This document shows positions 28,960 through 39,470 of a stretch of 64,000 nucleotides of DNA, piece by piece. The notes under the pieces were generated by a model. The model was not told where the DNA came from and searched no databases. It saw only the letters and a program-made list of their open reading frames with translations. A program made the position numbers and the translations under genes. The DNA is from Candidatus Omnitrophota bacterium. GTDB taxonomy: Bacteria; Omnitrophota; Gorgyraeia; JABMRN01; RBG-13-46-9. The stretch lies in contig JADHYM010000001.1 in the NCBI GenBank assembly GCA_016782445.1, positions 10,212-74,211 of the forward strand, in the 5' to 3' direction. Position 1 is the first letter of the stretch. Every line of letters begins with the position of its first letter.

Positions 28960-30545
28960 TTTTGTTTCCTTTCCCTTATAACGCTTACCGTGTACAGAAT
29001 CATAACAAGCGCGATCGAGGCCCAGCTGAATACGTCTCCAAATCTTGTATAAAAAGTGCGGTAAAATGAAGGGCGTATCCCGCCGATGCAAAAGCCCTCC
29101 ACAAAAATCTTGTCTTTGTCTACCTCTACGTATTTCACAACTCTCCCCGTACGGTCTATAATACAGGAGACGCCGGTATTCGCGGCGCGCACAAGCGGCA
29201 CCTTGTTTTCAGCCGCACGAAAAATAGAGCCTTCGAGATGCTGGTACGGCGCGCTCGTCTTCCCGAACCAGGCATCATTTGTGATGTTCACGAGGAACCT
29301 CGCGCCCTCCTTCACGAACCTCCGCACATGGTCAGGAAAAATATCCTCAAAGCACACAAGCACGCTGAATCTATAGAAATCCGTTGTCCGTAAAACATGC
29401 CCATTATTCGCACTTGTCGCATTTACAACTCTGAAATTAAAAACCGTGAACTCACTGCCCCGATTGAACTCAGCTATAGGCTTATCGATGTAATCTTTGA
29501 CCCACGCGAGCCTGTCGCCGAAGGGCATGTACTCGCCGAAAAGAACAAGGTGGGACTTGTCGTAATGTTTTTCGATTCCCTTCGCCGGAGACAGGAACAT
29601 GGCGCTATTGAAAACAGCCCCTGCCTCGTCTCTTACGGAACCTACAAGTAAGTGCACGTTGTTCTTATCGACAAAAGATGTGAGGGCTTTTTTGAGGTCC
29701 TTTTCCTCCGCGAGATACCCAGGCACTGCAGTCTCCGGCCACACGAGTAGCCCGGGCTTTTTCGAAAGCGCTTTCTCTGAAAGCCTTACGTATTGCCGCA
29801 TTATGGAATTTCTGAAGGCAGGGTCCCATTTTTCGCCTTGCGGAATATTTCCCTGCACCGATGCCACGCGTAACTCGCTCGCCGGATAGTGCCTCTTTAT
29901 TACATATTCCCCGTATAAAATATTAAATGCGTAGATCATCAATGCGAAAAATAGCACGTAGAAACGGCCTTCGCGTTTTCGGATCGCTTTATAAACTGAA
30001 AAATTTATAAGCACTATGAGAAATGAAACGCCGTATGGCCCCGTTATATCGGAGATCTGTATTGTTGGAATATTATAAGACTGGGAGTAGCCCAGGAGTG
30101 CCCACGGAAAACCGGTCAGAAAATGTGAGCGCATGTATTCGGTAAAAATCCAGGCAGCCGGCACAAAAACGAAGGATGAAAGACGAGAAACGAGGGACGA
30201 GCTGCATAGCGCTGAAAATATCGCCGGCGCAAGCGCAAGAAGAATTACAAGAATCAGCGCGCCCGGTACGCTTATCTTAAAAAGCCAATATAAAATTGCG
30301 CCGAAGAACAGGAACCCGTAAAAATATCCCAGCGTAAATCTTTTTTTGGTATCTTGATTTTCTATGGCGAAAAAAAACGGTATGAAAGAAAACCACGCCA
30401 GAAATCCTATATTAAAAGGTGGGTAACATAATATAAGGCAAGCTGCTGATACGGCAATCAATATCGACCTGTAACCTGAAACCTGCAACCTGAAACCTGA
30501 ACTTACTTCCCGCAGCACTTCTTGTACTTCTTCCCGCTCCCGCAC
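28956..30545 (-). CDS. lnt: Apolipoprotein N-acyltransferase (start uncertain)
   Basis: GFPWALLG, QGN, WPET, K..LV.FGE, VCFE and TNDAWF motifs; 5' end overlaps a 7-bp repeat array. Confidence 0.92.
   Translation of the reverse strand: MREREEVQEVLREVSSGFRLQVSGYRSILIAVSAACLILCYPPFNIGFLAWFSFIPFFFAIENQDTKKRFTLGYFYGFLFFGAILYWLFKISVPGALILVILLALAPAIFSALCSSSLVSRLSSFVFVPAAWIFTEYMRSHFLTGFPWALLGYSQSYNIPTIQISDITGPYGVSFLIVLINFSVYKAIRKREGRFYVLFFALMIYAFNILYGEYVIKRHYPASELRVASVQGNIPQGEKWDPAFRNSIMRQYVRLSEKALSKKPGLLVWPETAVPGYLAEEKDLKKALTSFVDKNNVHLLVGSVRDEAGAVFNSAMFLSPAKGIEKHYDKSHLVLFGEYMPFGDRLAWVKDYIDKPIAEFNRGSEFTVFNFRVVNATSANNGHVLRTTDFYRFSVLVCFEDIFPDHVRRFVKEGARFLVNITNDAWFGKTSAPYQHLEGSIFRAAENKVPLVRAANTGVSCIIDRTGRVVKYVEVDKDKIFVEGFCIGGIRPSFYRTFYTRFGDVFSWASIALVMILYTVSVIRERKQK
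30466..30502. repeat. 7-bp tandem array (AACCTGN) at the secA/lnt junction
   Basis: gacctgt aacctga aacctgc aacctga aacctga ac. Confidence 0.8.
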
Positions 30546-33500
30546 GGACAGGGGTCGTTCCGCCCGACTTTAGGGTCCTGACGCTGGTATGTCTCGTCAC
30601 GGCCCGGGCCGGTTGCAGCCATGGGTTTTGGTCCATGCTCCGCGTCTTGAGGCAGGATTCCGTCGAGCCCCGGAGCTTCCTCGTGTATAAACGTTTCCTT
30701 GTCGCGCTTAAAAACGCCGGATTTAAGGCGCTCCTCAACAGCAAACGTTTTAAAAAGTCTTTCCGTAATATCTTCGTCGATCGTTTTTATGAGCTCCGAG
30801 AACATCGCAAACGCCTCGCGCTGGTATTCGACTAAAGGATCACGCTGGCCGTACGAGCGCCACGATATGCCCTCTCTCAAGCTGTCAATACTTTCTAAGT
30901 AGTCCTTCCAGTTTGAATCAATGATGCCAAGCATTATCATTTTTTCCAGGGCGCGGGTTTTTTCCTCACCCAGTATTTGCTCCTTCGTGGCGTAGAGGTG
31001 CTTGGCGTGTGACATAACTTTCGCTATTATTTGCTCCTTCGCAAGGCCGGAAATCTCATCCGCGTGAAGATTGATCAGAAACTTAAAGCGAATCTTTTTT
31101 AAAAAAGCCTCTGACTCTTCTTCCTCGTTATTAAGCTGCTGGAGCCACTCGGAAAGCACTTCCTCTAGTATCAGGAACGCCTCTTCTTTAAGATTGTCCT
31201 CGAATATTACGTTACGGCGGCGCGCATAAATAAGCTCTCTCTGCTGATTCATCACGTCGTCGTATTTCAAGAGGTGCTTTCTCATTTCAAAGTTCTGGGT
31301 TTCCACTCTTTTCTGGGCAGTGCTTATGGCACGCGTTATTAAGGGGTGCGCTATGTCCTGACCCTCTTCCATGCCGAGCCGCTCCATGATAAGTTTTATC
31401 CTGTCGGATCCGAAAATACGCATGAGGTCATCCTCGAGAGAAAGGTAAAACCTGGACGAGCCCGGGTCGCCCTGGCGGCCCGAACGGCCCCTTAGCTGAT
31501 TATCAACGCGTCTCGATTCGTGGCGCTCGGTCCCGATTACATGCAGGCCCCCGAGCCCTACCACTTTATTGTGCTCTTCTTCTGTCTTTTTTCTGTATTC
31601 TGCCAGATACTTCTCTTTAACCGCGAGCCGTTCAGTTTGCGATTCTATTTCCAGTTTGCCGAGGGAGTCCTCCGCGAGATAATCCGCGTTGCCCCCCAAA
31701 AGTATGTCGGTTCCGCGGCCGGCCATGTTAGTGGCAATCGTGACGCCCTTGAAACGGCCCGCCTGGGCGACTATATGAGCTTCCATCTCGTGGTATTTCG
31801 CGTTCAGCACGTAGTGCGGGACACCGCGTTTTTTCAAAAGCTCACCCAGGTTCTCTGATCTCTCTATCGAGATCGTTCCCACAAGAACGGGCGTTCCTGC
31901 CTCGTTTAGCTTCGCTATCTCATCGCAGATAGCGTTAAATTTCTCTCTTTCCGTTTTATAGATCACATCCGCGTAGTTGGTTCTCTTTAAGGGCTTATTC
32001 GTAGGCACGATGACTACCTCAAGCCCGTAAATATTCTCAAACTCCGAGGCCTCGGTAGCGGCCGTGCCGGTCATGCCGGAGAGTTTGTCATACATCCTGA
32101 AAAAATTCTGAAGAGTAATAGTCGCAAGGGTCTGCGATTCGCGCTGGACCTCGAGTGACTCCTTTGCCTCTATCGCCTCGTGTATCCCGTCGGAATAGCG
32201 CCTACCGGGCATCATGCGGCCGGTAAACTCATCCACGATGACTATTTTATTTTCATTGATAACGTAATCCACGTCCTTCCGGAAAAGGACGTATGCCTTC
32301 AAAAGCTGCTTTATGCTGTCGACGCGCATGGTCTTCTGGGAATAATCAGTGGTTACCTCGCTTTCCTTCACGAGTTTTTCTTCCGGCGAAAGGCCCGCAT
32401 CCCCTGAAATTTGCGAAAGCCGCACCTCCATGTCTTCTATTATGAACTCAACCCCGAATTTCTGCTGCATTACGTCTTCGCCTTTGGAGGTAAAGGTAAC
32501 CTCGCGCGTTTTCTCGTCAAAAACAAAATAGAGCTTTTCGAGAAGTTCAAGGCGCTCCTTTTCCATGAGCTTGGAGTCGTAGGTCGTAACGGCCTTGTCA
32601 AAAAGGCTTTTTATCTTGGTATCCTTTAAAACGAGCTCAAGAAAATCCCTTTCTTTCGGCGAGCCCTTATGTATTATATATAGGAGATGCTTTGCTTTTT
32701 CTTGATCCTTCTCAAGCTCCGCTTTAAGCTCTGAAAGAAGATCCCGGATGAGATTCTTCTGAAGCCTCGAAATATGATCAACTACGGGCTTCATCTCGAC
32801 ATAAGAGGTGTTGAGATTTTCAGTCGGGCCGGATATTATAAGCGGGGTGCGCGATTCATCCACGAGGATGCTGTCGACCTCGTCAACTATCGCGAAATGA
32901 AAACCCCTCTGAACTACGTCGGCTTTCTCGATGACCATGTTATCCCTTAAATAATCAAACCCGAATTCGTTGTTTGTCCCGTAAGTTATGTCCGAGGCGT
33001 ATTCTTTTTTTCGCGCCATAGGCGACATGTCGTGCTGTATGACGCCGACAGAGAGCCCTAGAAATTCAAAAAGCGGCCCCATCCAGTTCCTGTCGCGACG
33101 CGCCAGGTAATCGTTTACAGTAACTATGTGAATGCCCTTTCCGGTCAGGGCATTAAGGTACGCCGGAAGCGTCGCAACAAGCGTTTTTCCTTCGCCGGTC
33201 GCCATCTCCGCGATCTTCCCCTCATGTATTACGAGCCCGCCTGCAAGCTGGACGTCGAAATGCCGCATTTTTAATACCCGTTTTGAGACCTCCCTGACGA
33301 CAGCAAATGCCTCGGGTAAAACCTCCTCAAAAACTTTCCCTCTTAAAATTTTAAGTTTTTTCTTTAGCTTGTCTTTTTCCTGCCGGAACGAGGACTCCTC
33401 AAACCTCGACTGGAGTGCGCCTATCTCGCTTTTGAGCGACTCGGATTTTTCGTATATCTTCTTTTTGAATTCGTCGGTTTTCTTGCCGAGCGCATCATCC

Positions 33501-33610
33501 GAAAGGGCGGATACCGCTTTCTCGAACGAATTTATCTTCGCCACCACCGGCTTAAGCCGCGCGAGCTCTTTTGTATTATGCGACCCTATTATTTTGTTAA
33601 GGATATTCAC
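30503..33610 (-). CDS. secA: Preprotein translocase ATPase SecA (long form)
   Basis: MATGEGKT, DEVDS, TNMAGRGTD, GRSGRQGDPG and C-terminal CPCGSGKKYKKCC. Confidence 0.97.
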   Translation of the reverse strand: MNILNKIIGSHNTKELARLKPVVAKINSFEKAVSALSDDALGKKTDEFKKKIYEKSESLKSEIGALQSRFEESSFRQEKDKLKKKLKILRGKVFEEVLPEAFAVVREVSKRVLKMRHFDVQLAGGLVIHEGKIAEMATGEGKTLVATLPAYLNALTGKGIHIVTVNDYLARRDRNWMGPLFEFLGLSVGVIQHDMSPMARKKEYASDITYGTNNEFGFDYLRDNMVIEKADVVQRGFHFAIVDEVDSILVDESRTPLIISGPTENLNTSYVEMKPVVDHISRLQKNLIRDLLSELKAELEKDQEKAKHLLYIIHKGSPKERDFLELVLKDTKIKSLFDKAVTTYDSKLMEKERLELLEKLYFVFDEKTREVTFTSKGEDVMQQKFGVEFIIEDMEVRLSQISGDAGLSPEEKLVKESEVTTDYSQKTMRVDSIKQLLKAYVLFRKDVDYVINENKIVIVDEFTGRMMPGRRYSDGIHEAIEAKESLEVQRESQTLATITLQNFFRMYDKLSGMTGTAATEASEFENIYGLEVVIVPTNKPLKRTNYADVIYKTEREKFNAICDEIAKLNEAGTPVLVGTISIERSENLGELLKKRGVPHYVLNAKYHEMEAHIVAQAGRFKGVTIATNMAGRGTDILLGGNADYLAEDSLGKLEIESQTERLAVKEKYLAEYRKKTEEEHNKVVGLGGLHVIGTERHESRRVDNQLRGRSGRQGDPGSSRFYLSLEDDLMRIFGSDRIKLIMERLGMEEGQDIAHPLITRAISTAQKRVETQNFEMRKHLLKYDDVMNQQRELIYARRRNVIFEDNLKEEAFLILEEVLSEWLQQLNNEEEESEAFLKKIRFKFLINLHADEISGLAKEQIIAKVMSHAKHLYATKEQILGEEKTRALEKMIMLGIIDSNWKDYLESIDSLREGISWRSYGQRDPLVEYQREAFAMFSELIKTIDEDITERLFKTFAVEERLKSGVFKRDKETFIHEEAPGLDGILPQDAEHGPKPMAATGPGRDETYQRQDPKVGRNDPCPCGSGKKYKKCCGK

Positions 33611-34705
33611 TTTTTCTTGTCGTATCTTAAATACGCCTCTATAAAACCTTCCAGATCCCCGTCAAGAACACTGCCTGAGTTTGAGGTCTCGCAACCGGTC
33701 CTATGGTCCTTCACCATGGAATATGGGTGAAGGACATATGAGCGGATCTGACTTCCCCATTCGATGCGTTTTTTTTCGGACTGTTTTTTTTCAAGCTCTG
33801 ACTTTTTCTTTTTGAGTTCCATTTCGTATATGCGCGATTTCAGCACTTTCATGGCGGTGGACTTATTTTTATATTGCGAGCGCTCGTTCTGGCACTGGGC
33901 AATGATGCCGGTCGGAAGGTGCGTTATCCTGACCGCTGAATCGGTTACGTTTACATGCTGGCCGCCCCGGCCCCCGGCGCGATAGGTGTCGATCTTCAGC
34001 TCATCCGGCTTTATGTCCACTTTTATCTCCTCGTTTATCTCGGGCACGACGTCGACTGAGGCGAAGGATGTATGGCGGCGCTTGTTCGCGTCAAAAGGCG
34101 AGATCCTCACCAGCCTGTGCACGCCCCGCTCGCCCTTCAGGTACCCGTAAGCGAATTCTCCTTTTATTACGAAAGTCACGCTTTTAATGCCGGCCTCTTC
34201 TCCGGCGAGATAATCCACACGCTCGATTGCATAGCCTTTCGAATCGGACCACTTGGTATACATTCTGAAAAGCATGCCGGCCCAGTCGCAGGATTCAGTG
34301 CCTCCGGCGCCCGCGTTTATGCTTAAAATGGCGTTAAGCGAGTCTCCCTCCTCGCCCAGAAGGCAGTTGAATTCGAATTTATCCAGCTTTTTTTGAACAG
34401 CGCTTAATTCTTCGCCGAGGTGCCGAAGGGAAGGCTCGTCGTTCGCATCGGTTATTTCAAGAAACTCTTCCGTTTCCTTTAATTTGGATAAAAGCGAAAG
34501 AAAAGGATCTACTGATTGTTTTAACGATTTGAGCTCTTTTAGCGTGGCGTTGGCCCTCGTGCGGTCGTTCCAGAAACCCTGTTCGGCTATGCGGCCTTCA
34601 AGCTCTTTGATCTTACTCTTTTTTTTATCCGGGTCAAAGATAGCCTCCTAAGGTGTTTAACCTCGTTCGAAGATCTTTAAGCCGATCCTTTATATTTTCA
34701 GACAT
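33607..34705 (-). CDS. prfB: Peptide chain release factor 2 with programmed +1 frameshift
   Basis: SPF and GGQ motifs; a 23-codon ORF from ATG 34705 ends ...GGA GGC TAT CTT TGA C and the protein continues in the +1 frame. Confidence 0.95.
34633..34649 (-). promoter_or_regulatory. RF2 frameshift cassette
   Basis: AGGAGG-C-TAT-CTT-TGA-C on the minus strand. Confidence 0.92.
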
Positions 34706-34737
34706 GTTTGTCGCTCCATTATTAATATTACCATGTG

Positions 34738-34766
34738 ATTATACTAAATACTTATACGGAGGTCAA
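34738..34766 (-). promoter_or_regulatory. Sigma70-type promoter for prfB-secA
   Basis: TTGACC-N17-TATAAT. Confidence 0.7.
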
Positions 34767-34780
34767 GGGGTTATGATTGT

Positions 34781-34906
34781 GTTGTGCGGTTGCGGTGGCG
34801 TCGCGGGAAACGACTGCGTCAATCGGTTGCGTGCATAAAAAACCGCAGCCGTCCAACGACCGACGTTTCGCGCGACGCAACCGATCAGCGCAACCGCAAC
34901 CAAAAC
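34781..34906. repeat. MITE/REP-like element with imperfect inverted arms
   Basis: ggttgcggtggcgtcgcgggaaacg ... cgtttcgcgcgacgcaacc; homologous to 56998-57118. Confidence 0.75.
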
Positions 34907-34923
34907 TTAGCGATATCTTTCTG

Positions 34924-36174
34924 CTAAAATTTCTTGCTCCCGAACATCTTCTTCTTCCTCAAGAGCTTATGATATGAAATAGCAAAGCGGTGGGCCTCGT
35001 CCCTTATCCTCATTATGAGCATAAGGGCGCGGGAATTCTTTTCTATTTTTAGCGGCTTTCCGCAAGCCTCGGCGTAAAGAAGCTCATGCTCCTTGGCAAT
35101 GCCTATAAGAGGCACGGCCGGCATACCTATTTTTTTAAGCTCATCCTGCGCTACCCCTACGTGGCCCCTGCCCCCGTCGATTATAATAAGGTCGGGAAAT
35201 GGCAGCTTCTCTTTTAGTACGCGCGAATACCTCCTTCTTACGACTTCCCGGATCATGCCATAATCATCTATCCCGCGCGAGGCTTTTATCCTGAAGCGCT
35301 TATATTCGCCATTTCTGGGCCTGCCGCCAAGAAAAGTCACCATAGAACCGACAGCCTCTTTCCCGTGTATATTTGATATGTCGAACGCCTCTATGCGGGA
35401 AGGAAGCCCTTTAAGGCCAAGCGCGTTCTTTAGTTCCCAGAGGTCCTTGTCCAGAGGGGGCGCGCCTTTTCTGCCGCTCCACATGTGGCCGAGGGCCTCT
35501 ATTTTATCCCTTAGAAAAATCGCCTTCTCGTAATCAAGCCTCCCGGAAGCTCGCTTCATACGGGCCGAAAGCCGCTTTACCAAACCTTCTTTTCTTCCGT
35601 TGAGAAAAAATCGCAGGTCCCCGGCAAGTTTCCTGTAATCTTTTTCCGAGATTCTTCCGATACAGGGCGCGGCGCACCGCCCGAGGTGGGCCTTAAGGCA
35701 CGCTTTTCCGGGCAAAGATTCACATGTCCTTATGCCAAAAACGCCGGATACGAGGGATACGGCTTTCCGCAAAAGGTGCGCGCTCGTATACGGGCCGAAA
35801 TAGCGGGAGGTATCTTTTTTCTTCCTCCTCGTAACATAAATACCGGGAAACCTCTCACCTATCGTAAGTTTTAAAAACGGGTAGGACTTATCATCTCTCA
35901 ACTCTATGTTGTATTTCGGCTTTTTTTCTTTTATGAGGATGGCTTCGTAGATCAGCGCTTCCGCGCTTGAGGGCGTTTTTAAATAATTCACGCCTTTTAT
36001 GTTTTCCACAAGCGCTTTTATGCGCGGGGGGTGGTATTTTTTTTGAAAATAACTCGACACGCGCTTTTTGAGGTTTGACGCCTTGCCTACGTAGAGAACC
36101 TCTTTGTTTTTACCAAAAAAGACGTAAACGCCGGGCGTGACAGGCAGGCTTAAAAGCGTTTTTTTGATATCCAT
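34924..36174 (-). CDS. uvrC: Excinuclease UvrC (short; no C-terminal HhH domain)
   Basis: GIY-YIG (YVGKA, RVSSYF), UVR, RNaseH-like (FDISN, DGGRG, RDEAHRFA). Confidence 0.9.
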   Translation of the reverse strand: MDIKKTLLSLPVTPGVYVFFGKNKEVLYVGKASNLKKRVSSYFQKKYHPPRIKALVENIKGVNYLKTPSSAEALIYEAILIKEKKPKYNIELRDDKSYPFLKLTIGERFPGIYVTRRKKKDTSRYFGPYTSAHLLRKAVSLVSGVFGIRTCESLPGKACLKAHLGRCAAPCIGRISEKDYRKLAGDLRFFLNGRKEGLVKRLSARMKRASGRLDYEKAIFLRDKIEALGHMWSGRKGAPPLDKDLWELKNALGLKGLPSRIEAFDISNIHGKEAVGSMVTFLGGRPRNGEYKRFRIKASRGIDDYGMIREVVRRRYSRVLKEKLPFPDLIIIDGGRGHVGVAQDELKKIGMPAVPLIGIAKEHELLYAEACGKPLKIEKNSRALMLIMRIRDEAHRFAISYHKLLRKKKMFGSKKF

Positions 36175-37715
36175 GAGAGGGCGTTCTTGATTTCCCCGGC
36201 GCCTATAAAAATAGACATGACCAGATACAGCGCAATGCTTGCGCCTATCGTGCCGACAAGCCCCACAGCGCGCGCGGCCTCACCTCCGCCCAAGCCGGCA
36301 AAGGCCTTAAGCATGAAATGTGCAAAAATGCCCATGGCCAGGCTCGATACGAGTATACTAAGGAACGATTTTATTATTGCACGAGTTCCCACGTCGCCTA
36401 TTTTTTTTCTCAAGCAAATATAAAGCGCGCTAAAGTTAAACAACGCCGCCAGAGACGTAGCTAATGCCAGGCCGCCTATTTTAAGCGGCCACATCAATAT
36501 AAAATTAAACAAAAGGTTTAAAAGAAGCGCTCCCGTCGCGATCTTGACAGGCGTTTTCGTATCGCCCAGCGAGTAAAACGCGTTTACCAGTATCTTTATT
36601 CCGCCGCAGACAAAGAGGCCGAACGAATAGAAAAAAAGTGCTTTCTCCGTTATGAAGGTCGAATAAGAGGTAAATTCGCCCCTCTGAAAAAGAATTTCTA
36701 TAATGGGCCCTCCGAGAACGGCGAGCCCCACGCCGGCCGGCACGAGTATGAAAAATACGGCGCGCAGGGAAAAATTAACCGTGTTCTTAAGCGCGGCTAT
36801 ATCGTTCCTCGCGGCCTCCTCGCTCATCTTGGGAAGCGTCACCGTCGCGAGCGCGATGCCGAATATCGCCAGCGGCAGGTGAAAAAGCCTATAGGAATAC
36901 CAGAGCGCGGCCGGCGCGCCTACGCCTACGATCCACTCGAAGCTCGAAAATATGCTGTCGACTATAACGCTTAGCTGGTGCACTGCCGATCCAAAAAGTC
37001 GCGGCACGAGAAGCCTTCCGATTTTCTTCGCGCCCGGATGCGTAAGTGTAAAATCAAATTTTAGCCGGAACCCTTTTTTATAAAGCGCCCACCCTATAAA
37101 AGCGAGCTGAAGCGTGCCTCCTGCCAGAACCGAAAACGCGAGCCCCTCTATGCCGATTCTCGGGCATAGCCATAAAAGCCCTGAAATCATGGCAATATTA
37201 AGGAGCACCGGCCCCAAAGATGGAGCGGTAAATTCACGTAAGGAATTCAAAACGCTCATGCCATAGGCGAAAAGCCCTATGAGCAATACAAACGGAAAGA
37301 TCATCCGGGTAAGCTTGATCGTGAGCTCGAGCTTGGCAGGCTCTTCGATAAAGCCCGGCGCGATCGCGCGCACGATTATTGGCGCCAAGATCATCCCGGC
37401 GAAGGAAAGCAAGATGAGCACTACGAAAGATATGTTCAGAAGAACCCTCGAAAGCTTCCAGAATTCCTCTTTTGATTTTAAAGAGTTGTATTCGGTCAGG
37501 ACCGGGACTAAAGCGGCGTTGGCCGCGCCTTCGCCCACGAGGTCGCGGAGAAGGTTGGGGATCCTGAAAGCAACCACAAAGGCCTGGGCAAAAGCCGTGG
37601 TGCCAAAAAATGAGGCTATCAATATGTCGCGGATAAAGCCAAAAACACGACTTATAGCCGTGTTTAATCCCACGATTGTCGTCGGTTTTAATAATCTTTT
37701 ATTTGACAAAGACAA
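36150..37715 (-). CDS. murJ: Lipid II flippase
   Basis: SRVFGFIRD, AFRIPNLLR..GEGA, LP..IFG and FQRGEF motifs. Confidence 0.95.
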   Translation of the reverse strand: MSLSNKRLLKPTTIVGLNTAISRVFGFIRDILIASFFGTTAFAQAFVVAFRIPNLLRDLVGEGAANAALVPVLTEYNSLKSKEEFWKLSRVLLNISFVVLILLSFAGMILAPIIVRAIAPGFIEEPAKLELTIKLTRMIFPFVLLIGLFAYGMSVLNSLREFTAPSLGPVLLNIAMISGLLWLCPRIGIEGLAFSVLAGGTLQLAFIGWALYKKGFRLKFDFTLTHPGAKKIGRLLVPRLFGSAVHQLSVIVDSIFSSFEWIVGVGAPAALWYSYRLFHLPLAIFGIALATVTLPKMSEEAARNDIAALKNTVNFSLRAVFFILVPAGVGLAVLGGPIIEILFQRGEFTSYSTFITEKALFFYSFGLFVCGGIKILVNAFYSLGDTKTPVKIATGALLLNLLFNFILMWPLKIGGLALATSLAALFNFSALYICLRKKIGDVGTRAIIKSFLSILVSSLAMGIFAHFMLKAFAGLGGGEAARAVGLVGTIGASIALYLVMSIFIGAGEIKNALSWISKKRF

Positions 37716-37740
37716 GCTCCTGTGTTAAAGTATCCCCACT

Positions 37741-37998
37741 ATGCCACAGAAAAAATCCGCAGCAAAAGAGATACGAAAATCGAAGAAGCGCCACCTTAGA
37801 AACACGGGCATAAGATCCGAGCTCCATACCCTTATAAGGAAATTGGAGTCTTTTATCGCCCAGAATAAAAAAGCCGAAGCCACGGAATATTTAAAAATGG
37901 TTTCCGCCAGGCTTCAGCGCGCCGCCCAAAAGGGTGTCATTCATCCGAACAGGGCGTCACGTAAGATTTCGCGCCTTTCAAAAAGACTAGCCACATAA
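37741..37998 (+). CDS. rpsT: 30S ribosomal protein S20
   Basis: KSAAK...RN...RS and KGVIHPNRASRK.SRL; TTGACA(37703)-N17-TAAAGT upstream. Confidence 0.93.
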   Translation: MPQKKSAAKEIRKSKKRHLRNTGIRSELHTLIRKLESFIAQNKKAEATEYLKMVSARLQRAAQKGVIHPNRASRKISRLSKRLAT

Positions 37999-38928
37999 TT
38001 TAATCAGAAGCGTCTCCAAAGACTCCCGAACGGAAAATCTTCCTGATTTTATCGAAAAATCTGCCTCGAGTATCCATTCCGTGCTTTCGGTGATCCTTTT
38101 CATCGTGAAACGGCTTGCCTGCTCCATGGTTTTCCGGGCATATCTCTCGGGCACACCAATGATCCTGGATATTTTATCGGACGCGAAACCCTTACCAAGG
38201 GAACGCGCCTTTGCCAGCACCCTGAACTGCCACGCGAGGCCGTTCAATATGCCATACGGCTTTCCCTCTGTCAAAAGCAGCGAATTCAGGTATTCCAGAG
38301 CCTTTCCGGACTTTTTGGCGATTACAGTATCTACGAGGTCAAACACCGAATGCAGGGGCACGCCGCATGAAACGCTTTCTACTGTCTCAGCTTCTATTAT
38401 CTCTTTCCCGCCCGCGTAGGAAGCTATTTTTCCAATCTCATTTTTAAGCGCCTCGAGCCCGCCGGCGCCCGCGCATTCTTCGAGCATTTCTCGCGCGTCT
38501 TCGGATATTTTCTTTTTATGCCCGGCGCACTCGTTTCTGATCCAGTTGCCAAGCTCTTTTCCCGAGGGTTTTTCAAAGCGTATGGAGCGCGTTTTTTTTG
38601 CAACAGCCGTTAAAAAATCGTCGCGCTTACCCGCATCACTTGTCATGACAACGGTCGTGGACTTAAGAGGAGTGTTCAGGTATTTCAGAATAACTTCTTT
38701 CGATCTTTGCGGAAGTTCGTTCGCATTTTTTATTACTACAAGACGATTTTTTGAGGAAAAAGGCAGTGTTTTAAGTGTGTTGGCAAGCGATTTTGAGTCG
38801 CGGGATTCGCGGTCAAATATTTCGAAATCAATGGAGTTTTGGGCCTCGTCGCCGAGTAACGATTTTCTTAATTTATTGATGAATTCCTGTTTTGAATATT
38901 CTTCGGCCCCTGTCACAAGGTAGTTCAT
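37987..38928 (-). CDS. holA: DNA polymerase III delta subunit
   Basis: GAEEY, LPF...RLVV, NEIGK and D..IKSG pattern; lptE-holA-rpsT synteny. Confidence 0.85.
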   Translation of the reverse strand: MNYLVTGAEEYSKQEFINKLRKSLLGDEAQNSIDFEIFDRESRDSKSLANTLKTLPFSSKNRLVVIKNANELPQRSKEVILKYLNTPLKSTTVVMTSDAGKRDDFLTAVAKKTRSIRFEKPSGKELGNWIRNECAGHKKKISEDAREMLEECAGAGGLEALKNEIGKIASYAGGKEIIEAETVESVSCGVPLHSVFDLVDTVIAKKSGKALEYLNSLLLTEGKPYGILNGLAWQFRVLAKARSLGKGFASDKISRIIGVPERYARKTMEQASRFTMKRITESTEWILEADFSIKSGRFSVRESLETLLIKLCG

Positions 38929-39470
38929 TACCAGTCTTCAATGGTGCGGTCAACGACGCGCCTGGCAAGGTCCTGTATGGCCTCATCCACGGTTTGCGAA
39001 TCAGTCTGCTCGTATTTGCCGCTTGTGCGGTAGAGCGCCTGCCCTGCCCACCCCTGTTCCTTCCAGAGAAGCTTTCCTGTTTCCCGGTCATAAAGCTCGA
39101 GATTTGTCACGACGCGCAGGCGGTACTGGGTAACGTTTTCTTCGCTATTGTATTCAAGCGGCTGCCTCTGGAAATCCACAAGCTCGCCTTTTAAGATGTA
39201 ATGCGCCGTATTCTCGTTTGCTATTTTTAAGTTCCCGTCGAAAACAAACTCGTTTATGACAGCGGTTGTTATTGTCGATTCCATCCCCGGCTTGTAGCCG
39301 TAATAAACGCGCCTGTTTGAAAGCTCGCTCGCGACAGCTATCTTGTTCTTGAAATTTTCCACGTGTATCGTGTCCTTGCCCGGAGGAAGCATGGAACCGG
39401 TCGTATAACCGCATCCGGAAAAGTAAAGGAGCGCGAGGAGCGCAAGGAGCGCCAAAAATTTCTTTCTCAT
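38928..39470 (-). CDS. lptE: LptE family lipoprotein
   Basis: Lipobox FSGC-GY; position between bamD and holA. Confidence 0.75.
   Translation of the reverse strand: MRKKFLALLALLALLYFSGCGYTTGSMLPPGKDTIHVENFKNKIAVASELSNRRVYYGYKPGMESTITTAVINEFVFDGNLKIANENTAHYILKGELVDFQRQPLEYNSEENVTQYRLRVVTNLELYDRETGKLLWKEQGWAGQALYRTSGKYEQTDSQTVDEAIQDLARRVVDRTIEDW

Noticed and set aside
30503-33610. Large insertion in SecA as a possible intein
   Set aside because: No Cys/Ser start, HN/HQ end or endonuclease motifs; long helical SecA insertions are known in several phyla.
33607-34705. prfB looks truncated or pseudogenised in the ORF track
   Set aside because: The canonical SD + CTT-TGA-C programmed +1 frameshift explains it; this is well known.
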